Virus record (IMG/VR): IMGVR_UViG_3300030399_000348
Strand: one strand, 5' to 3'
DNA length: 64,000 nt
From: a virus
In this document: in pieces, positions 10,091 through 20,514 of the stretch
How the letters are laid out: every line of letters starts with the position of its first letter
How positions within the stretch are numbered: position 1 is the first letter of the stretch
Notes under the pieces: model-generated
Told to the model about the DNA's origin: nothing
Database searches by the model: none
The model's input: only the letters and a program-made list of their open reading frames with translations
Made by a program: the position numbers and the translations under genes

Positions 10091-11383
10091 TTAACCAGTT
10101 GCGGGTTGTGGCGTCTCCTTCAAGTCAACTGGACCGCCCGGGAGCGCACGTCCGTGTTGTTCCAGTTCGAAGGTCGTCGGGTTGTCAAGCTCGTGAACTC
10201 GATACCGAGGCGTGGTGCTGCCCGCTGGGTACACGTCCGTTTGATCCTTCACTAAAACAGGGGCGTATTGCGGAAGAGCAAAATAGCCGTTTATTTGAGA
10301 AATCAAGTTGGGGACCTGCGTCTTGGCATCAAACTGGTATTGCGCCTTATCTTCAACCTTTTCAATGATATTGCGGGCATGGTTCATGTGGAAAACCGAA
10401 TCATCCTGACGTTGTAGCCGTTCCTTCAGGTAGGTCTTGATTTGCCCCATCACGACCATCGGAAGCTGGTCATCGCGGTGGGCGTACTGGAAATACCCCG
10501 TCTGTGGCGGCTGCCATGCGGCTTTTGCGAACGTGGGGGCGAGAGTATCATCATTGAGCGTCTGGTAATACTGCTCCAAGGCCCCTGCGGTCTTGCGTAG
10601 CTGCTGGGCACGAATCTGGTAGTGAAGCTGGGTAGTCATCGCCCCGGCACCACCAGCGGCGTTGGCGGCGTTGATGGTCGGAGTGCCTGAGTTGCTCAGG
10701 ATGACGCCCGTACTGAAAAGCATCTGCTCTTGCATTCGCCGTGCAACCAACGAATTGTTCACCTGACCATTGGCGTACACCCAGTTGTTAAACTGGGCTG
10801 ATGCCGCTGCCGTGTTGCCGCTATTGAGATCGGCAACCAGCGTCGAATTTTTGAAAGCGGTTCCGCCGATGTTGTATGCCAGTGAAGTCAGAGCCGCCAT
10901 CTGGTTCGGCTCCAAAGGTGCTGTCACGGAATTGTTGACGGTGTTAATTGACGCTTGCAGATCGGACATCAAGAACGTGTTCGCTTGATCCATCGTCACC
11001 ACCGATGACGTAGAAAGTCCGTCACCCGGGACAATCTGGTGACCGTACCCAATGGAGTACGTCTTCGTCTGTCCCGCAGGATCGGGGTACGCAGTTGCGC
11101 TGAACCCCTCGAACGCCTTGACTGTGGTCGCAGCCAAAGTCGCAGCGTTGGTGGTTGACGAATTCGACTGTGGGGTTATGGGCGTGGTGGTTCCCATGCT
11201 CGGCGAGGGCGCGGGGTTTGTGCTTGTACTCCCGGTTGAAGAGGGGGTGGATGTCGCGGGCGCACTGATCTTTAACGCTGTGTACCAATCTTGGAAAGCT
11301 TTGAACTGAGTCTCGGAGACGTGCCCGAGCCAGTTGAACGGAGGCCCTTTGTAGGCATACGTGTATGGGTATGTGGCAGCCAT
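10091..11383 (-). CDS. virion protein with GH24 phage-lysozyme domain
   Basis: VKAFEGFSATAYPDPAG..YSIGYGH, NQMAALTSLAYNIG..AFKNSTLV, WVYANGQVNNSLVARRMQE. Confidence 0.9.
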   Translation of the reverse strand: MAATYPYTYAYKGPPFNWLGHVSETQFKAFQDWYTALKISAPATSTPSSTGSTSTNPAPSPSMGTTTPITPQSNSSTTNAATLAATTVKAFEGFSATAYPDPAGQTKTYSIGYGHQIVPGDGLSTSSVVTMDQANTFLMSDLQASINTVNNSVTAPLEPNQMAALTSLAYNIGGTAFKNSTLVADLNSGNTAAASAQFNNWVYANGQVNNSLVARRMQEQMLFSTGVILSNSGTPTINAANAAGGAGAMTTQLHYQIRAQQLRKTAGALEQYYQTLNDDTLAPTFAKAAWQPPQTGYFQYAHRDDQLPMVVMGQIKTYLKERLQRQDDSVFHMNHARNIIEKVEDKAQYQFDAKTQVPNLISQINGYFALPQYAPVLVKDQTDVYPAGSTTPRYRVHELDNPTTFELEQHGRALPGGPVDLKETPQPATG

Positions 11384-11391
11384 GTCTCCCC

Positions 11392-14199
11392 TTATTTCGG
11401 AACAATCGGTTGAAGGTTGTGGGTGTAGATGTACTTGCCGCGAGTCACACCCGCCGCGAAGTTACGTCCGCCGCAGTACAAACGTGCCACACGTCGCATA
11501 CCCACGCATTCCGCCGTGGTAAGCTGAGACCATTCTGGACCGTTTCCGACATCGGTAATGACATGCATTCCAACACGAATTTCGTTGGCGTAAGCGGCAA
11601 TTTCACAAGTCTCCATGCCATCTGCGAGCGATTCAATCGACTCACGTGAAGGCACTGGCGTGCTGCCCGATACGATGACTTCAGCGCCGTTCTCCGCGAC
11701 AAAGTGGTAGCAAACTTCGGTGCTGTAGTCCATCCACTGAACTGCTTCTGAAACTGACGCAGACGGCAGACTGTTCGCATACTCAGGGGTTTCGTCGGGC
11801 AACGTGTCGAGGAGGACACCAACCATGCAGTCGCTAACCTGCATAGAGTCGTTGATCCACATCTCAACCGCAGGGCATCCACCGCCGCCTCCACCGCCGC
11901 CCGGGGCTGCGTTGCCGTTGTTATACGTGTTCGAGTCGGTGTAGCTGACACTCAGACCGCTCAGCGAATCCGTTGCTGTGTACCCAAGGCTAAGGGGCGT
12001 TCCCCAAGCATAGGCACTGACGGTCGTGAGAGCTATGGTGGTGTGGTAGCCGCCAGTGACGGGAGTTGGGCCGGACACCAACGTGCCTGCGGCTATCGTT
12101 GTTTTTGTAGCACTGTGGATACGGAAGAAACTGTTGCTTCCGGGAGCCGTCACAAATGAGCCATTATCCGTGCTGAATATTACCGCTGTCAGCGTGATGC
12201 TTCCAGTGATCGTGTAGTTCGGTGCCGTACCCGTTCTGCCGCCACTGACCACAAAAGAGTAGTTCGTGGGGGCGGTGTAGTTATTGCCCGTCGTGGCGAT
12301 AGTGGCGAGTGGGGTGGAGCTTGAAATGTACGTGACGGTGCCCGTCGTGAACGAGGTGCCGTTCAGATACGTGAGCGTGCCCGTAACGCCGAAGGTCAGT
12401 TGGAAAGAGCCGCTAGAGGAACTCGCGGGCACGTGAACTTTCATAGTCCACCCCGTGAGCCATCCGCTGCCGTTCAGAACTGGGGAAGGTGGGGTAGTAA
12501 CGGTGACGCCGCCTGAAAGCGAGACCGTTGGGGCATTAACCGTATCGCCCGTACCGTACAGCCCTTGTTGTTCGGGACTCATCGGCTTAGGTAGGTTGAC
12601 GTTAAGCGTCTGATCCGAGCCATTAGCAGGCATCGATGACGGGGTAACCGTAATGCCAGCCCGATCCGGCATGACCATGTACGCTACTTGAATTGGGTAC
12701 TGCAAATCCCCGCCGCTGGACGGTGTGAATAGATCGAGACTGAGATCGGTGCTGTCGAACCAAGCGATGTCGTCTGCCGTGATTATCAAATTGGTAACAT
12801 CCACACCTGATACCACGGAGCCGCCATTGAACGCCAGTACGCCATGTCCAGTGGGGTTGACACCGCTGTAGCTGAGGCTGAACAATCCCTGCCAAGCCGT
12901 GTTGTCCCCTGAGAGGCTTATCGCCCCCGCTGCGAGGGCCGGGGCAGCCAAGCCAGTTACCGACTGTCCGCCGTAATTCTGACCGCCGAAATTGAAAACG
13001 CTTCCGGTGTCGTACAAGAAAACACTACCAGCGACAGTTTCCAAGACGGGGATGTATGGAATGGTGGTGTAAGCTATGGGGACGGCGTTGCCGACTGTCA
13101 AGTACAAGTCTTGGGTTGTGCCCTGAAGTTCTAGTTCGGTTGTGGGGGAGGTTGGTGTAGCAACTCCCGAGGCGACCGACAATTGCAGTTGGCGTGAGCC
13201 CACCGACCCCTGCGCTGGAGGAGTGGTGAGAGAGACGGGCTGGAACGTCGGTCCCGTGGCGGTGAGGTTTCCTTCTTGATTGTATTGAGTACCTGACCCC
13301 GCGACATAGGTCAGTTGCCAGTACCCGTTGTTGTCGCCGCTGAACTGAACTGGGTTGCGCTGGTTGTAGTACGCTTCAAACGGATACTTGCCTGCCGCTG
13401 GAAAACTGATATAGCAAGTGCGGGTGCCGCCGTATAATCCGGGATTCACGTTGTTCGCGAGAGCGAGATGACTGGTGGTAGGAGTCTGAGCATTCCAGAA
13501 AGCCGTGTTCGGTCCCGTCGCTGGGAATGGATTTGCGCCCGTGTTGTTACCGTTAGTGTATGTGACGGATGCCCCATTGCCAACCCAAAAGGCGCTCTGG
13601 CTGACGTTTGCGAACTGCATGTAGAAAGTGTAGACGCCCGGGGTAGCAACGACGAAGTACCCCGTCATGTCCACCACGACTGGGTTGCCTGTGCTGCCTG
13701 AACCCGAGCCGGGGATTGCGGTCTTGCTCGCATACGCCTGACCCGTGTTCTGCTGTTGCAAGATGTACAGCGGAATCTCCTTGTAACCGCCGCCGCAAGA
13801 GGAGACGTTGTTCTGAGCGCAGAAAGGGCTGAGAGGGTAATTCTGAATGACTTCGTTAATGACCAGCGAGTTTGAGGTGATAGAGCCCTGAAACGCCCCG
13901 CCGAACCCGACGTAGCCCGCAGTTTGAGATGAGTTTGCGTACACATTTACTGTGACGGGCGATATGGCAATCGATAAGTTTGTGGCCTGCCATGCGATTT
14001 CCGCTGTATTTGACGTGAGCGAGTGTGAGGGCATCGTCGCCACGATCTGGTCAGTGCCAGCGTTTGTGCCCGTATAGGAGATGGTGAGCGGATTACCCAC
14101 GGCATCGCCTGTGGTGGTATCCACAAGAATAGAATAATTCTTCGTTTGCGGGTTCACACCCGTTACGGTTACGACGATTGTCTCTGATACGGTAGCCAT
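11392..14199 (-). CDS. tail fibre/receptor-binding-like protein with PA14-like region and C-terminal Hint domain
   Basis: MTGYFVVATPGVYTFYM (PA14-like). Poly-Gly linker, then CPAVEM... ending YTHN (Hint hallmarks). Confidence 0.7.
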   Translation of the reverse strand: MATVSETIVVTVTGVNPQTKNYSILVDTTTGDAVGNPLTISYTGTNAGTDQIVATMPSHSLTSNTAEIAWQATNLSIAISPVTVNVYANSSQTAGYVGFGGAFQGSITSNSLVINEVIQNYPLSPFCAQNNVSSCGGGYKEIPLYILQQQNTGQAYASKTAIPGSGSGSTGNPVVVDMTGYFVVATPGVYTFYMQFANVSQSAFWVGNGASVTYTNGNNTGANPFPATGPNTAFWNAQTPTTSHLALANNVNPGLYGGTRTCYISFPAAGKYPFEAYYNQRNPVQFSGDNNGYWQLTYVAGSGTQYNQEGNLTATGPTFQPVSLTTPPAQGSVGSRQLQLSVASGVATPTSPTTELELQGTTQDLYLTVGNAVPIAYTTIPYIPVLETVAGSVFLYDTGSVFNFGGQNYGGQSVTGLAAPALAAGAISLSGDNTAWQGLFSLSYSGVNPTGHGVLAFNGGSVVSGVDVTNLIITADDIAWFDSTDLSLDLFTPSSGGDLQYPIQVAYMVMPDRAGITVTPSSMPANGSDQTLNVNLPKPMSPEQQGLYGTGDTVNAPTVSLSGGVTVTTPPSPVLNGSGWLTGWTMKVHVPASSSSGSFQLTFGVTGTLTYLNGTSFTTGTVTYISSSTPLATIATTGNNYTAPTNYSFVVSGGRTGTAPNYTITGSITLTAVIFSTDNGSFVTAPGSNSFFRIHSATKTTIAAGTLVSGPTPVTGGYHTTIALTTVSAYAWGTPLSLGYTATDSLSGLSVSYTDSNTYNNGNAAPGGGGGGGGCPAVEMWINDSMQVSDCMVGVLLDTLPDETPEYANSLPSASVSEAVQWMDYSTEVCYHFVAENGAEVIVSGSTPVPSRESIESLADGMETCEIAAYANEIRVGMHVITDVGNGPEWSQLTTAECVGMRRVARLYCGGRNFAAGVTRGKYIYTHNLQPIVPK

Positions 14200-14208
14200 T
14201 CGTTTTCC

Positions 14209-17200
14209 TTAGTTCGGTGTAGTCAGCTTGACTGGGAACGAACCCGTCTGCGGTGCCAGCCGCAGCGCCCCGTCATCGTAGACCACCCATGTAAAAGTCT
14301 TCGTAGCCGTAACACCAGAATCCGTCACCGAAATGGACAAGGTGTTGTTTCCGAGACTGCCCGACGCGAACGGCCCAGTCAACGGGATTTTTGCCACGCC
14401 GCCAGAGATGGTCACAGTTCCAACGGTGAATCCCCCGCTGACGATTATTCCGAGTAAAGCTGGGTTTGTGGTAATCACGTTCGTCCCAATTACGTAGAAC
14501 GACAGATTTGTGCGTGGTGAGATAGAAACCACGTTCCCTTTGTCCACGTATCCGAGGATGTTGTACGAAGTCGAATCTGTGTAATCGATCCCAGTATGCA
14601 GTACCAATCCCGAGGCGACTGTAAGAGGGAAAGTTCTGTCGAAATATGCGCCATTGTTGGGCCCACCCACGTCTGTCACGCGGAACGTGACGGGAGGAAG
14701 CCCAATTTGAATTGTGGTGCCTACGATGTTAACTGTCGCGCCTGTCGTGGACGACAACGAAAGCCCCGAAGGTAGAGCCCCACCCACAATAGACCACGTT
14801 GGAGTTCCTAATGCCCCTGTTTCTGTCAACGGGGCTGAGTACGCAACTCCCGCTGTGATGGCAGGCAAAGACACCGTGGTGATGGTCAGCGCCGATGTCT
14901 GCGAAGCAAACGTCGTAGTGACCGAGGCTGTGTTAGGCGGCGTGAGGGTGTCCGCTACCACGAAAGTGACACTTTGACTGAATTGAGTATTGGCTGAACC
15001 CGTGAGTACGCCCGCCGACGAGAGCGAAATTCCATGGAGCGGGAAGTTTACGGATGTCCAACTGTACTGATTGTACCCGTTCGGCAACACACCTATCGGT
15101 ACACCGCCAGTTGCGACGAGTTGAATACCTGAGGCACTCCCGTTGTAGTAAGTGGCTCCGATAACGGCGTTGGGCAGCGGGAACGGCTGGATGCCAATGT
15201 GCAAGAGCGGATCAGCGTAATCCCACCCGACGATGGTCAAGTCTGTGCCCGTGGTGAACGGTACAATGATTTCTGCTGTGTCACCGAGACTATCGACTGC
15301 AAGTATTCTGACCTGCCAAGGGTGGGCTCCAGACGCACCAGTCAAGGGACCGCCTGAATATGTACCCGCAATTGTTGCCGTTGCTCCTATACCGTTAACC
15401 TGTAGCGACAGGCCTGCGGGGAGGAGGTCTGGGTAACCCGAGGTTGGCGCAACCTGCCACTGTATCGGTGGGGTCATGCACAACGTCGCCACGAGCGTTC
15501 CTTGGTACACTTCGCCACGCGGCACAATGCCTACTCCACTGTCGTTGATAGCTCCCGTCAAAACGCTGACTGTCTGTATGGTGAACGACACGGGGCCTGT
15601 TGAGCCCGCGACACTATCCGTCGCGGTGACGGTGATGGGGAAATTCAACCCCGTAGCGCCTGAATAAGTGCCTGAAAACACGCCCGTGCTGGTGTTAAAC
15701 GTGATACCCGTTGGTAATGCACCGACTTCAGCCCATGTGTACGGATTAGGACCACCGAAAGGCGTGCCGCCCGCAGCCTGCATCTGGAACGAATAACCGT
15801 TAGGATCGTCGGTAACAGTCGCTATGCCCACGCCGAGGATGTTTGGAGTGGGACCTGTCACGATTCGCAAACTGCTGTTGTAATTCAACGTCAGTATTGC
15901 AGAGACGGAGGAGCCTGCACCGCGAGTATCGGCCAGCGTGACCGTAATGGGAATGGCGGTTGTGCCCGAAACATAGTTGGTTGGGGGTCCTTCCCACGCG
16001 AAAGCGGGAGCACTCAATACGCCTGTGTTTTGATTCAGCACGAATCCCGGAGGCAAGCCCGTAGCCGTCCAGCCGTTCGGCGTCGTGTAGGGTGGGAATC
16101 CGCCGAAGCCCTGCAATGGGTACGAATAGATCGAATCACTGAATGGCGGCAATAGCGTAGTAACAATCGTCAGTGGGGCGGCAAAGTCGATAGAGAGACG
16201 GTGATACAAATATGCCGTGCCTGTGCTCGCGACTATTTGGAACCAAACGTCAAAGTACCCACTCTCTGTAGGTGTACCTGTGATGTAGAAATTTTGACCC
16301 GTTGGGGTGGAGTCTAGGGTCAGACCCGCAGGAAGTGTCCCCGAAGAAGACCCCCTTGCGTAGTAAACAGACGCCGAGATCGGCGTAACGCTGGCGGGTA
16401 CAGTGATGTAGCTGGTGTTTGTCAGCGCCGTACCAAGCGACACGCTGTCTTGGATATTGTCAATCGGCGAAAAAGCACTCGCTACGGTGTTCCAAGCGAT
16501 TGTCACTGTGCCATGAATTGTGCCCGAAGTACCCACGTACTGGATGACGCTGGTGAAACTTGCGCTCACCGTGCCTGTAAGCGTTCCGTAGATTAACCCC
16601 GTGTGTGCATCGAGCGAAAGACCGGGCGGTAGCGTATTGGTCACGCCCTGCACCGTGGCGGGCACCGTGGCGATCCACGGAGCATCGCTTGGTACGGGAC
16701 TCGTTGGAGTGATCGAGGGGACGAAAGGAGAATTGTAATACGGTTGACGCGGATTCAGGCCGACCACTTCTCCAATGATGTAGGGGCGTGTGTTCGTGTT
16801 TATCGTACCGATGTCCACACCCGGCACCCAACCAAGAGACGCCGCATCATCATGCGTCAATATCGTGTATGCCTGTGATGCTGTAGCTTCGGTGATACCC
16901 TGCAACTGGAGCAGGAGAGGCAACATGTACTGTACGTTGCCATAAACACCCGATGGAGGTCCGCTGATTTCTACTTCTGGAATCACTGGATCGATAGCAA
17001 CCACGATGCCGTCCGACAGAACAGCGCCCGCCTGCACTTGCAACGCCTTTGCTGCCAGTTGTGCAGCTACCGCTCCTTGAGTAGCTGTGGCGGACGGGGG
17101 GCTGCCAGCGGCGTAGTCGATGGTGGGTGAGCCGTTGGAATTCTCCAAAATCAATTGGCTCGACGTGTTGGACACAACGGCAAAGGTGCCATCGTTTCCA

Positions 17201-20200
17201 AGATAGTCAAATCCGCTCACTGTAATGGGGCTGCCGACCGTAAGAGCGGGGAACGTAAATGGCGCGGCGGTGTAAATTGTGGTCGAGGGGGAGCCACTTC
17301 CAGCCGATGCTGTGATGGTGACGGTGCCGGAAATAGTGACTGGACCCGTGGTGACGAGGGCACGACCGTTTAAGGTCATGAGGGAGATGCTGTTCAGCGT
17401 AATGGCGGAAGTTGCGAGAATGTTCCCGGCCCATACATGGTCGTGAGCATCGAAAGTCGCTGCGCTGCCAACCACCCAAACCACGTTCGCGGCCGTAGCG
17501 CCGTTAATCAAAGCGATGGTGGTTGCGGCGGTCGTGACATTCAAAGCCGAACCAACTTGGAAGACGAACACTGGGTTTGTGAGTCCAGCACCGTCAAGCG
17601 TAATCGTGCCGCCCGTGAAGAGCAGCGTGCTGGAAGCAAAGCCGACGAAGCCGGGTCCGCCGTTGTAACCCGTTGGGGTTGCGGTAAAAGTGTGTGTAGC
17701 GTAGGATGCGCTGATCGCCGTCGAGGTCAAGCCATTGAAGAACACGAATGCCGCAGTCAAGTCTGTCTGGTTCTGTGCGACGGCGACGACTTGCTGTGCG
17801 GGTGGGGTGTAATTGAAAGTGCCCGTTATCGTGTTGGTCGGGACTGAACCTACATTGCCGCCAGCAACGTTAGCTATGGTAGCGGACGAGACGACAGCCG
17901 CAGCGAGGATGGCGTAAGTTGCCGCTGTGCCCAACTCCGTAGTAACGATAGACCCCGAGGCAGACCCGCTGATTGCTGAAACTAGCGAGTACGTACCGCT
18001 GGGGGCGGTTGCGGTCGTGCCATTCGGATTGCTCAGTATCAACTGCAAATGCGTAGAGTCTACGCAGTAGAACGTGCCGTTATTGACGGACTGATTAAAG
18101 CCCGAAACAGTGAACTGTTGTCCGATGAGGGCATTTTTCGCCGCACTCGGCTGACTTGTGGCGAATGTATATGTCGTTGTTGGCGCAAACGGAGCGACAG
18201 GGCTCGAAAGCGTACCCGTGGAGCCCGCTGGAAGAGGTGTAGGAAAGGCTTGGGTGAGCGAAGAGATGTAACCGAGCACGGGTACGGTTTCCGCTACGGG
18301 TGTCGCGTTCAGCAGGGTTAACGAGTTCGCAGTGGACGAGAAGCACAAAAACGTGCCGTTATTTGCGGCGTTCTGAAATCCCGAAACAATGAAAGTCAAA
18401 CCCGCGTAGGCATTGTCGCCGCCGCCACTGCAAAATCCTAATGTATCCGTGTACAAAGCGGCAGGCGAAGGCGACGGGTTGTTTACGACTGTGGGAGCGA
18501 CGGAACCCAAGCTGACGTAGGTCCCACCAAGGGTGAATCCTGCGAGGTTTCCTGTTATGGCGAACGGAGTTGCTTTGAACGTGTCTGCAAAGTTCCACAC
18601 GTGATCCACGAAGGCGGGGACAAGGATGGGATCGCTGATCGCGGGCTCAACAGTGATGGTGAACTGCGTTGAGATCATCGTGTTGGGCGATGCGCTGTCA
18701 CGAAGTACGAGTATGAATGAGTACGAGCCCGCCGTGGGGAAGTTTACATCAAACTCAATCTGCCCGTCTACGAGAGTAGCTGGTCCGTAATAGCTGCTGT
18801 TGCCGAAAGGGGCCAAGCCCAGAAACGTGTAGGGGAATACTCCACCGAAAACTGGAACCATCATCCCGAATTGCTGCCCCGCGTAGATGGTTGGTTGATC
18901 GAGAGAACCGAATTGCAATGCTTGGGGCACCAACGTCATCGTGTACGTCTGTGTGGCGATGGCACCGATAGCATCCGTCACCTGAACAACTGCCGAGAAC
19001 GTCTTGGTGAAATCGGAAGTCGAATTGTACGTGCTTGGGGTGCCTGAAATCAGCCCAGTGTTGGGGTTGATGCTGAGACCGATAGGCAGGTTGCCTGCTG
19101 GGATGCTCCACGTATACGGCGGCAAGCCTCCCGGAATGGGGTTGGCGGGATTGACATTTCCCACCTCCATTTGCACTGAGTACGGCGTACCAACTTGTGC
19201 AATGCCGAGCGAAGTTCCCAATTGCGTCAGTACGTTGCCCTTGGCGTCAGTCTGACCTAATGCGATCTCGACCAGCAGATCGGTGCTTACCGTGATGGAG
19301 AATGCCGCTTCAGCGATGAAGAACGGCACGCTGGAATCCTGTACGGCGAAGTTGATGGAGTAGGTCCCCAAGGCCAGCGGGGTCCCACTCAATACGCCGT
19401 TGATGCTCAGCTTCAAACCTGCGGGTAAACCATCCGTGTACCAAGCATACGGCGGGGTGCCGCCTGATGCCGCCATCTGGAATTCCTGCATCGCCTTACC
19501 GACGTAAATGGTCGTCGGTAATTGCGTCGTCGTGATAGTCACGGGGATCGAAGACGTGAGAGCGTTGAAACTGTTCTCATAGACGGGTACGATCAATTCC
19601 TTGGACTTCGGACGGCCTTCGATGGGGAATACGTCGATACCCATCGTGCCAAGCAGGGACGAGGCGTTGGAGAAACGAGTCGTTGCGATTCCAAGCTTGA
19701 TTTCGTTGGTCAGCGTATCGCGCACGAGGAAACGAGCGATCACTTCCCAAGGGTTGGCGGTTGACGCCACGCCCGTAGCGCCTGTAATCTCGAATCCTTG
19801 CTGACCACCGATGCCCAACGTGCCTGTCAAGGAGGTCGAGGTTGTGGTTGTTCCCGTGAACTGCTGATCGACCACGAATATCCCCACCGTAAGCTGACGC
19901 ATCAAAACAACGGACGGACTATAGATGGACGAGTTGTACAACTTGCGGGTCTGGATTACAACGTCCAGCGGACCCGAGATCGAAAACTGCTTGGTCAAAA
20001 GTGACGCGGAGAGCGGCAACCACCCCGTGCTTGAACCATCAGGCCAGAGAACCTGCCACTGGTCGGCGTTCACATACGCGGGTGCAAGCTGGAGCGTTAG
20101 AGGCTGTCCGAGTTGAAGCGTGGTGCTACTGAATACAACGTCTGCTGAAACGATGGCGTCGGGGAAAGCGAGCCCGGATGGTGTCAGCGAAGAAACATTG

Positions 20201-20505
20201 TTCCAGATGTTGGGGACGGGGGTATTGTACACTTCCCAATCGAATGACGCGGGCGGACTGCCCGCGAGGTTGGTCTGCATGTCCATCCGATACGAGCCTG
20301 TGGACAGTTGGGTCGTGTAAAACCGTGGCGTACCTGTGTACGGGTTTGGTGCGGGTATGGAGGCGGCGGGAAGCCCGTTGAGAATGATTTCCCAGCCCGT
20401 GTAGGCGGGACCAGCAGGCGGCAACCAGTTAACGGTCAGGACGTTGTTGTTGTCAATCGTCGCTGACGTTGAGCCCACAAAACCGAGATTTGGAGGATTA
20501 AGCAT
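14209..20505 (-). CDS. giant Ig-like (He_PIG-type) repeat virion protein containing an ice-binding DUF3494-like domain
   Basis: Many GGTPPY.W...LPAGL.L...G.ISGTP repeats. Internal LGTAATYAILA...VFVFQVGSAL...NGATAANVVWVVGSAAT..GNILATSAITL...LNGRAL segment. Confidence 0.85.
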   Translation of the reverse strand: MLNPPNLGFVGSTSATIDNNNVLTVNWLPPAGPAYTGWEIILNGLPAASIPAPNPYTGTPRFYTTQLSTGSYRMDMQTNLAGSPPASFDWEVYNTPVPNIWNNVSSLTPSGLAFPDAIVSADVVFSSTTLQLGQPLTLQLAPAYVNADQWQVLWPDGSSTGWLPLSASLLTKQFSISGPLDVVIQTRKLYNSSIYSPSVVLMRQLTVGIFVVDQQFTGTTTTSTSLTGTLGIGGQQGFEITGATGVASTANPWEVIARFLVRDTLTNEIKLGIATTRFSNASSLLGTMGIDVFPIEGRPKSKELIVPVYENSFNALTSSIPVTITTTQLPTTIYVGKAMQEFQMAASGGTPPYAWYTDGLPAGLKLSINGVLSGTPLALGTYSINFAVQDSSVPFFIAEAAFSITVSTDLLVEIALGQTDAKGNVLTQLGTSLGIAQVGTPYSVQMEVGNVNPANPIPGGLPPYTWSIPAGNLPIGLSINPNTGLISGTPSTYNSTSDFTKTFSAVVQVTDAIGAIATQTYTMTLVPQALQFGSLDQPTIYAGQQFGMMVPVFGGVFPYTFLGLAPFGNSSYYGPATLVDGQIEFDVNFPTAGSYSFILVLRDSASPNTMISTQFTITVEPAISDPILVPAFVDHVWNFADTFKATPFAITGNLAGFTLGGTYVSLGSVAPTVVNNPSPSPAALYTDTLGFCSGGGDNAYAGLTFIVSGFQNAANNGTFLCFSSTANSLTLLNATPVAETVPVLGYISSLTQAFPTPLPAGSTGTLSSPVAPFAPTTTYTFATSQPSAAKNALIGQQFTVSGFNQSVNNGTFYCVDSTHLQLILSNPNGTTATAPSGTYSLVSAISGSASGSIVTTELGTAATYAILAAAVVSSATIANVAGGNVGSVPTNTITGTFNYTPPAQQVVAVAQNQTDLTAAFVFFNGLTSTAISASYATHTFTATPTGYNGGPGFVGFASSTLLFTGGTITLDGAGLTNPVFVFQVGSALNVTTAATTIALINGATAANVVWVVGSAATFDAHDHVWAGNILATSAITLNSISLMTLNGRALVTTGPVTISGTVTITASAGSGSPSTTIYTAAPFTFPALTVGSPITVSGFDYLGNDGTFAVVSNTSSQLILENSNGSPTIDYAAGSPPSATATQGAVAAQLAAKALQVQAGAVLSDGIVVAIDPVIPEVEISGPPSGVYGNVQYMLPLLLQLQGITEATASQAYTILTHDDAASLGWVPGVDIGTINTNTRPYIIGEVVGLNPRQPYYNSPFVPSITPTSPVPSDAPWIATVPATVQGVTNTLPPGLSLDAHTGLIYGTLTGTVSASFTSVIQYVGTSGTIHGTVTIAWNTVASAFSPIDNIQDSVSLGTALTNTSYITVPASVTPISASVYYARGSSSGTLPAGLTLDSTPTGQNFYITGTPTESGYFDVWFQIVASTGTAYLYHRLSIDFAAPLTIVTTLLPPFSDSIYSYPLQGFGGFPPYTTPNGWTATGLPPGFVLNQNTGVLSAPAFAWEGPPTNYVSGTTAIPITVTLADTRGAGSSVSAILTLNYNSSLRIVTGPTPNILGVGIATVTDDPNGYSFQMQAAGGTPFGGPNPYTWAEVGALPTGITFNTSTGVFSGTYSGATGLNFPITVTATDSVAGSTGPVSFTIQTVSVLTGAINDSGVGIVPRGEVYQGTLVATLCMTPPIQWQVAPTSGYPDLLPAGLSLQVNGIGATATIAGTYSGGPLTGASGAHPWQVRILAVDSLGDTAEIIVPFTTGTDLTIVGWDYADPLLHIGIQPFPLPNAVIGATYYNGSASGIQLVATGGVPIGVLPNGYNQYSWTSVNFPLHGISLSSAGVLTGSANTQFSQSVTFVVADTLTPPNTASVTTTFASQTSALTITTVSLPAITAGVAYSAPLTETGALGTPTWSIVGGALPSGLSLSSTTGATVNIVGTTIQIGLPPVTFRVTDVGGPNNGAYFDRTFPLTVASGLVLHTGIDYTDSTSYNILGYVDKGNVVSISPRTNLSFYVIGTNVITTNPALLGIIVSGGFTVGTVTISGGVAKIPLTGPFASGSLGNNTLSISVTDSGVTATKTFTWVVYDDGALRLAPQTGSFPVKLTTPN

Positions 20506-20514
20506 TTTTGATCC

